Source: Longimicrobiales bacterium
GTDB taxonomy: Bacteria > Gemmatimonadota > Gemmatimonadetes > Longimicrobiales > Gaopeijiaceae
Length of the DNA: 64,000 bases
Direction of reading: 5' to 3'
Assembly: GCA_965248195.1 (NCBI GenBank)
Contig: CBDFIQ010000001.1
Location: 704,001-768,000, forward strand
Below the pieces are notes generated by a model, which was given only the letters and a program-made list of their open reading frames with translations, ran no database searches and was not told the origin of the DNA. Both the position numbers and the translations under genes were made by a program. Positions within the stretch are counted from its first letter, which is position 1; every line of letters starts with the position of its first letter. This document shows, piece after piece, positions 58,772 through 64,000 of this stretch.

Positions 58772-60147
58772 GGTAGTGTCCCTAGATTTGTGTAAAAGCG
58801 GATAAGCTGGACAGGAGGGAAAGAAAAACGGAAGCTCCTCTGTTGTTGTTCACTGTCACATGAACCCGGGAGTCCGGGTCTGCAGAGCAGGCTCGGAACC
58901 GGAGAGGAGCTTCCGATGCAAGAGATTGTGGAGATCGGTCGGGCCACGCAAGACGAGCTACGCGATGATTTGCGCGAGCTGTTTCAAGGCGCGATCCGGC
59001 TGACGCTCGAGATGGTGCTGGAAGAGGAGCTGAAGGCCATGGTAGGTGCACGCCGCTTCGAGCGGGTGGGAAGCCGGAAGGACCATAGGAACGGCACATA
59101 CCTGAGGCGGCTGCTGACGAGCCTGGGGCAGATCGAGGTCGCCATGCCCCGGAGCCGGGACAACGGTTCGCCGGCCGACGTGATCGGCCGCTACCAGCGC
59201 AGGAGCCCCGAGCTCGACGAGATGATGGTCGAGGCGTATGTGAGCGGCGTGTCACAGCGCAAGATGGGCGACGTCACCGAGGCGCTGATGGGCGAGCGTG
59301 TTGGGCGCTCGACGGTGAGTCGTGTGGCAAAACGGCTCGACGAGGCCGTGGAAGGGCTGCGCCGTGCGCCGATCGAGGGGCCTCACCCCTATCTGTACCT
59401 GGACGCCACGTTCTTGGACGCCCGCTGGGCCCGCAAAGTCGAGAACGTGAGTGCGCTCGTGGCGTATGCAGTGGGCCCTGAGGGTCACCGACGGCTCCTG
59501 GCCGTCACGCTGGGCGCTGAGGAGTCGCAGCAGAGCTGGTCGGAGCTCCTCGAGCAACTCCAGGACCGCGGCCTCGGCGGTGTCGAGCTCGTGATCGCCG
59601 ATGAGCACGCAGGCCTGGCAGCTGCGGTCCGCCGCTTCCTGCCCGAGGCACGCCGTCAGAGGTGTACGGTCCATCTGCAGCGTAATGTGGGGGCGAGGGT
59701 CCCCCACCGCCTACGCAAGCGCGTGGCGCGTGAGGTCTCGGTGATCTTCCAGACATCCGGACTCGCCGAGGCGAAGAAGCTCCTGGGCGAGTTCGGCGCA
59801 CGCTGGAAGAAGGAGCTGCCCGAGGCCGTGGAGGTCCTGGAGCGGGGCTTCGGGGCAGCGACGCAGTTCTACGCGTTCCCCGAGGCGCACTGGCCCCGGC
59901 TGCGTACCACCAACAGCCTCGAGCGGCTGCACGGCGAGATCAAACGCAGGATCAAGGCCGCCGGCGCCTTCCCGGACCGGGCCAGCGCCCTCAGGCTCAT
60001 CACGGCCGTCGCACTCAGGACCACACACGTCTGGGGCGACCGGCGTTACCTCGACCTCTCACTCCTCCAGAAACAGGAGGTCGCCCAAGCAGCCTAGCCG
60101 AAGGCGAGGAGCTTCCTCCGCTTTTACACACAAATCGGGACTTGACC
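58772..60147 (+). mobile_element. IS256-family insertion sequence (1376 bp)
   Basis: Imperfect 31-bp terminal IRs ggtagtgtccctagatttgtgtaaaagcgga / ggtcaagtcccgatttgtgtgtaaaagcgga (24/31 match) flanking the transposase. Confidence 0.92.
58916..60097 (+). CDS. IS256 (Mutator-type) transposase
   Basis: RNG, YLDA, IADEH.GL, QRCTVH, TTNSLERL..EIKRR. Confidence 0.95.
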   Translation: MQEIVEIGRATQDELRDDLRELFQGAIRLTLEMVLEEELKAMVGARRFERVGSRKDHRNGTYLRRLLTSLGQIEVAMPRSRDNGSPADVIGRYQRRSPELDEMMVEAYVSGVSQRKMGDVTEALMGERVGRSTVSRVAKRLDEAVEGLRRAPIEGPHPYLYLDATFLDARWARKVENVSALVAYAVGPEGHRRLLAVTLGAEESQQSWSELLEQLQDRGLGGVELVIADEHAGLAAAVRRFLPEARRQRCTVHLQRNVGARVPHRLRKRVAREVSVIFQTSGLAEAKKLLGEFGARWKKELPEAVEVLERGFGAATQFYAFPEAHWPRLRTTNSLERLHGEIKRRIKAAGAFPDRASALRLITAVALRTTHVWGDRRYLDLSLLQKQEVAQAA

Positions 60148-60262
60148 GCCACGACGTTCCAGTCGGTTACTTGCCAGAGGGTGGGCGAAGAGGGCATTTC
60201 ATTCCACTGCCCCGCCGGAGTCATCGCTCGCACCCTAATGCAGCTCCACCGGAGATACGACA

Positions 60263-61702
60263 ATGCCTGAGCAGTTCCCAATCATGGTTCCCGGTGCCAC
60301 GCCGGACGGCGACCGCATGGACGTTCAAGCGCCCTACGATGGGAGCCTTATCGCGACCGTGGAGCGCGGAGGGGCGCAGGTCGTCGAGAAGGCGTTGGAC
60401 ACGGCCTACGAACTCTTCCGCGACAGGGATGCGTGGCTCACCCCGGCCCGCCGGATCGAGATCCTGAGGCGCGCCGCCGCTATCATGCAGGAGCGCCGAG
60501 ACGAGTTGGCGGTCGAAGCGGCCCGGGAGGGCGGAAAGCCACTCATCGACTCGCGTGTCGAGGTGGATCGCGCGGTCGACGGCGTACACGAGTGTGTAGA
60601 ATTCTTGCGCACTCAGCATGGTGACGAGGTCCCGATGGGACTCAACGCCGCCTCGGCCAACCGATTGGCGTTCACCCGCCACGAGCCCATTGGTGTCGTG
60701 GTCGCCTTCAGCGCATTCAACCACCCGCTGAACCTGATCGTCCACCAGGTCGGGCCAGCCGTGGCGACTGGGTGTCCGTGCATCGTCAAACCGGGGGAGG
60801 CCACGCCTCTGTCGGGGATGCGCTTCGTCGGAATTCTTCGCGAGGCCGGTCTCCCGGAGGAGTGGTGCCAGGGGCTCATGACCACCGATTTGGACGTAGC
60901 CGGATCACTGGCCACGGATCGAAGGGTCGGCTTCTTCAGCTTCATTGGCAGCGCTCGCGTAGGTTGGATGTTGCGCTCAAAGCTCGCTCCCGGCACCCGC
61001 TGCGCCTTGGAACATGGAGGTGCGGCACCCGTTCTTGTGGCCGAAGACGCCGACCTCGACCATGTGCTCCCACTGATCAGCAAGGGTGGGTTCTACCACG
61101 CCGGCCAGGTCTGCGTCTCGGTTCAGCGCGTCTTCGCCCACCGAAGCATCGCTCGCGATCTGGCTGAGCGTCTTGCCCAAGCGGCGACGGTTCTCAGCGT
61201 CGGCGATCCGACCTCGCCGGACACCGAAGTAGGGCCCCTCATCCGTCCAGCCGAAGTGGAGCGCATAGCCGAGTGGGTGAGGGAAGCGGTGGATGGCGGT
61301 GGCGAGTTGCTCGCCGGCGGCGAGGCCACCTCCGAGACCTGCTACGCGCCCACGGTACTGTACGAGCCGCCCGGCGACGTGCGAGTCTCGACATCCGAGA
61401 TTTTCGGCCCGGTCGTCTGTGTGTACCCGTACGACGATATCGATGACGCGATCGCTCGATCGAACTCGCTCCCCTACGCTTTCCAGGCGTCTGTGTTCAC
61501 GAACGATATCGACACGGCGCTACGGGCTTCGCGCCGGCTCGACGCCTCTGCAGTGATGGTCAACGATCACCCCGCCTTCCGCGTGGATTGGATGCCGTTC
61601 GCGGGCCTGAGGGAGTCGGGCATCGGCGTGGGGGGGATCCCCTATACGATGAAAGACATGCAGATCAAGAAGTTGGTGGTCGTTCGGTCAAAGGAGCTTT
61701 AA
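60263..61702 (+). CDS. Aldehyde dehydrogenase family protein
   Basis: FNHP, FIGS, LEHGG, GQVCVS, EIFGPV, PFAG. Confidence 0.92.
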   Translation: MPEQFPIMVPGATPDGDRMDVQAPYDGSLIATVERGGAQVVEKALDTAYELFRDRDAWLTPARRIEILRRAAAIMQERRDELAVEAAREGGKPLIDSRVEVDRAVDGVHECVEFLRTQHGDEVPMGLNAASANRLAFTRHEPIGVVVAFSAFNHPLNLIVHQVGPAVATGCPCIVKPGEATPLSGMRFVGILREAGLPEEWCQGLMTTDLDVAGSLATDRRVGFFSFIGSARVGWMLRSKLAPGTRCALEHGGAAPVLVAEDADLDHVLPLISKGGFYHAGQVCVSVQRVFAHRSIARDLAERLAQAATVLSVGDPTSPDTEVGPLIRPAEVERIAEWVREAVDGGGELLAGGEATSETCYAPTVLYEPPGDVRVSTSEIFGPVVCVYPYDDIDDAIARSNSLPYAFQASVFTNDIDTALRASRRLDASAVMVNDHPAFRVDWMPFAGLRESGIGVGGIPYTMKDMQIKKLVVVRSKEL

Positions 61703-63138
61703 TCCACCCTGCTCAGCTCCTCAATGCACTCCCGAATGTCGACGATACACTGTTCCATGCGGTCGCGGTGCGTCCGGAATGAGAGCACGCAGATCCGAAG
61801 GGCGTATCGGCCCCGAAGTGTCGTGCCCGTCATGTAGACGTTCTGCCGAGCGTTGACGCACGTGAGCAGCTCGCGGTTCAGGTCGTTCAGTCCGTCTTCG
61901 GAGTGGCCTGCGGGAGCCCAACGGAAGGCGGTGAGGGAGAGCTGGGGTTCGGCGAGGATCTCCATGTCCGGTATCTCTCTGAGCTGGTCCGTAGCCCACC
62001 GCGCGAGGTCGAGTTTTTCATCGAGGCTCGAGCGAAAAGCATCGATTCCGAAGAGCTTGATGGGAAGCCACGCTCTTAATCCCCTGAAGTCCCGGGACAG
62101 CTCGGGCGATATCTGACAGAAGTCGACCAAGTCGGCGTCCTGCTGCATCTCCGGCATGTAGTCGGCGAAGGTCGTATGCGCCCGCCGCAGGGCCTCGGGA
62201 TCACGCACAAGCAGCGATCCGTTGCCGTACGGGAGAAACAACCCTTTGTGCGGGTCGAGCGTGACCGAGTCCGCGCGCTCGATGCCTCGCATGGACTCCC
62301 GCCCTCGCTCCGTAAGCATGAAGAAGCCGCCGTACGCGGCATCGACATGCAGCCATAGTCCCTCGTCATCGGCCAGGTCGGCGGCGCCCCCCAGATCGTC
62401 GACGGCCCCCGTGTTCGTGGTGCCCGCGCTGGCCACGAGCATGAGGGGTCGCAGTCCGCCCTCCCGGTCTTCGGCGATGCGCCGCCGCAAGTCGTCGAGG
62501 CGTATCTCATAGTCCTCATTCGTGGCGATCTCACGAACGTTTTCCTCCGGAAAGCCCGCCAGGACCGCCGCTTTCCGAATGGAGTGATGGGTTTGGTCCG
62601 AGGTGTAGATCGTCCCTGCCAGGAAGTCATCGGGAAGGCGCTCCCTCCGCGCGGTGACCACCGCGGTGAAGTTCGCCAAGGACCCACCGCTGGTGAGGAT
62701 GCCACCCGAGCTGGGTGGATAGCCGATGATCTCGCAGAACCATCGAACGACGTTCAACTCGAGCTGCGCGAGTCCCGGTGCGGCAATCCACACCCCCACG
62801 TATCGATTCACGGCGTTCGCGATCAAGTCGGCGACCGCGGACGGGAAGACACCACCTCCGGGGATATACGCCAAATAACCCGGTGCAGCCGTATTGTACG
62901 AAAGCGGGACCGCTTCGCGGAAGAGGAGGTCCAAGAGACCATCGAGGTCTGTGCCTCGCTCCGGGAGGGACTCGGCGAGGGCGGCCGTCCTGGCGTGCGT
63001 ACCGGCCTCGTGTTCCGCGTAGGAGGCCGGCTGACGCGCTAACGAAGCGATGTGCTCGATCACCCGCTCCGCTGCCTTGTCGACCATCACCCGCATTTGG
63101 TCCGTCGAGGGCTCCAACGGATACCGGTGGCCTTCCAT
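61699..63138 (-). CDS. Group II PLP-dependent (aromatic amino acid-type) decarboxylase
   Basis: SGGS.AN, H.S..KA, GTTNTGAVD, HVDAAYGG, DPHK. Confidence 0.9.
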   Translation of the reverse strand: MEGHRYPLEPSTDQMRVMVDKAAERVIEHIASLARQPASYAEHEAGTHARTAALAESLPERGTDLDGLLDLLFREAVPLSYNTAAPGYLAYIPGGGVFPSAVADLIANAVNRYVGVWIAAPGLAQLELNVVRWFCEIIGYPPSSGGILTSGGSLANFTAVVTARRERLPDDFLAGTIYTSDQTHHSIRKAAVLAGFPEENVREIATNEDYEIRLDDLRRRIAEDREGGLRPLMLVASAGTTNTGAVDDLGGAADLADDEGLWLHVDAAYGGFFMLTERGRESMRGIERADSVTLDPHKGLFLPYGNGSLLVRDPEALRRAHTTFADYMPEMQQDADLVDFCQISPELSRDFRGLRAWLPIKLFGIDAFRSSLDEKLDLARWATDQLREIPDMEILAEPQLSLTAFRWAPAGHSEDGLNDLNRELLTCVNARQNVYMTGTTLRGRYALRICVLSFRTHRDRMEQCIVDIRECIEELSRVD

Positions 63139-63215
63139 TACAGGCTCGGGGCTTTTCTTGATTGCAGAGGGACGCGCGGCTCCAAGCCACGCGCCCCCCT
63201 GTCAATCAAACCCGA

Positions 63216-63998
63216 TCAGCAAGAAGGCGGCGGATTGGCACCGCGCTGATCGCACTCCTGGGTAGGCACCGGATACGCAGTCGGGATGGTAAAGTTCGGC
63301 CGGTCCAGGGGAATCTCTCCCAGCTTTCCATACCGCCGCATGTCGATCCAGCGGTGGCCACCTTCCCACAACAATGAGTAACGCTTGTTGTAGAGCAGCT
63401 CGTCCAGCCGCTGGGTCGCCGTCATCGCCGTCCATGCACCCGCGGTAATGGCGGGGAGTCTGCCCGCCGTCGTGCGAACGAGGTTGATGTCGGCCAGTGC
63501 CGCGGCCACACTACCAGCCCCTATGTTGGCCTCGGCTCGGAGCAAGATCAGCTCCTCGTTCCGAATGATCGGCAAGGAGGCCGTGGGGTTCGCGTAATGG
63601 GCAAACATGAGGTCGGACGAAATTCCCAGGCTGGCCTGATCCGGGATCGGATCGTCAAGAACCGTAGTCTTGTCCAAGGCCCTCTGGTCGAGCGCGCCGC
63701 CCGCCTGCAATTGGGCGTCTGTCCGGATGGACGGATGCGCCAAAAGGGCGCCCGACAAGTCGAAGAGAAGGTTCTGTGATTCACCCGAACCAATTCCGAA
63801 GTCGTAGGACACGCCCAGGCTGAACGGCGCGGCGTCGTCGAGGAACGACGCGGGAAGGTACGTCGTCAACGCTCCGGTGAAGTCGCCCAGGTATACGGCG
63901 ATTCGCGCCCGCAGCGCCCGGTTGAAGGCGAGGAAGCCGGCGGGGGTGTCGGCGGTCGCGTATCCCGGAGGGAGGCCCAGGTCTGACGCAAACGAGGC
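63216..63998 (-). CDS. RagB/SusD family nutrient-binding protein, C-terminal part (truncated by window edge)
   Basis: IRNEELILLRAEA, A...IN.VR, LLWEGGHRWIDMRR, P.P..E. Confidence 0.85.
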   Translation of the reverse strand, partial: ASFASDLGLPPGYATADTPAGFLAFNRALRARIAVYLGDFTGALTTYLPASFLDDAAPFSLGVSYDFGIGSGESQNLLFDLSGALLAHPSIRTDAQLQAGGALDQRALDKTTVLDDPIPDQASLGISSDLMFAHYANPTASLPIIRNEELILLRAEANIGAGSVAAALADINLVRTTAGRLPAITAGAWTAMTATQRLDELLYNKRYSLLWEGGHRWIDMRRYGKLGEIPLDRPNFTIPTAYPVPTQECDQRGANPPPSC

Positions 63999-64000
63999 GC

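Noticed and set aside
60263..63138. Decarboxylase plus ALDH as an amine catabolic pathway
   Set aside because: Genes are convergent and no amine oxidase or transaminase links them

Overview
GC-rich bacterial chromosome segment; gene content and style suggest Gemmatimonadota (inference). From left to right: (1) a partial VWA gene and a Tat-exported metallophosphoesterase; (2) an uncharacterised cluster with a DUF106-like membrane protein, a small RHH-like protein ending in an LGY tail, two alkaline-phosphatase-superfamily phosphodiesterases, a sulfotransferase-like protein and a sulfatase-like lipoprotein; (3) an ~18 kb co-oriented respiratory locus. The first half of this locus is a putative cofactor-maturation block (ferredoxin, Mrp/NBP35, Zn-ribbon protein, ABC pair, tandem-USP protein, radical SAM/SPASM), in which three proteins share four copies of a PCP_red-like domain. 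The second half is a solitary, degenerate cytochrome bd subunit I-like protein, an ActD(DUF3341)-diheme cytochrome c fusion, two more c-type cytochromes, a cupredoxin-like lipoprotein and an A1-type aa3 oxidase. This locus is the best candidate for an undescribed system. Further right are SAM-I riboswitch-metX, an orphan MshEN-GspE/PilB ATPase, GNAT/OSBS-NSAR/M20 genes, glcDEF, ispH, assorted metabolic genes, an IS256 element truncating a 2Fe-2S gene, an aldehyde dehydrogenase, a PLP decarboxylase and a partial SusD. Short tandem duplications recur at gene starts and stops, and several genes are broken (two homopolymer frameshifts, one in-frame TGA). All family calls are motif recognition by eye, not database searches.
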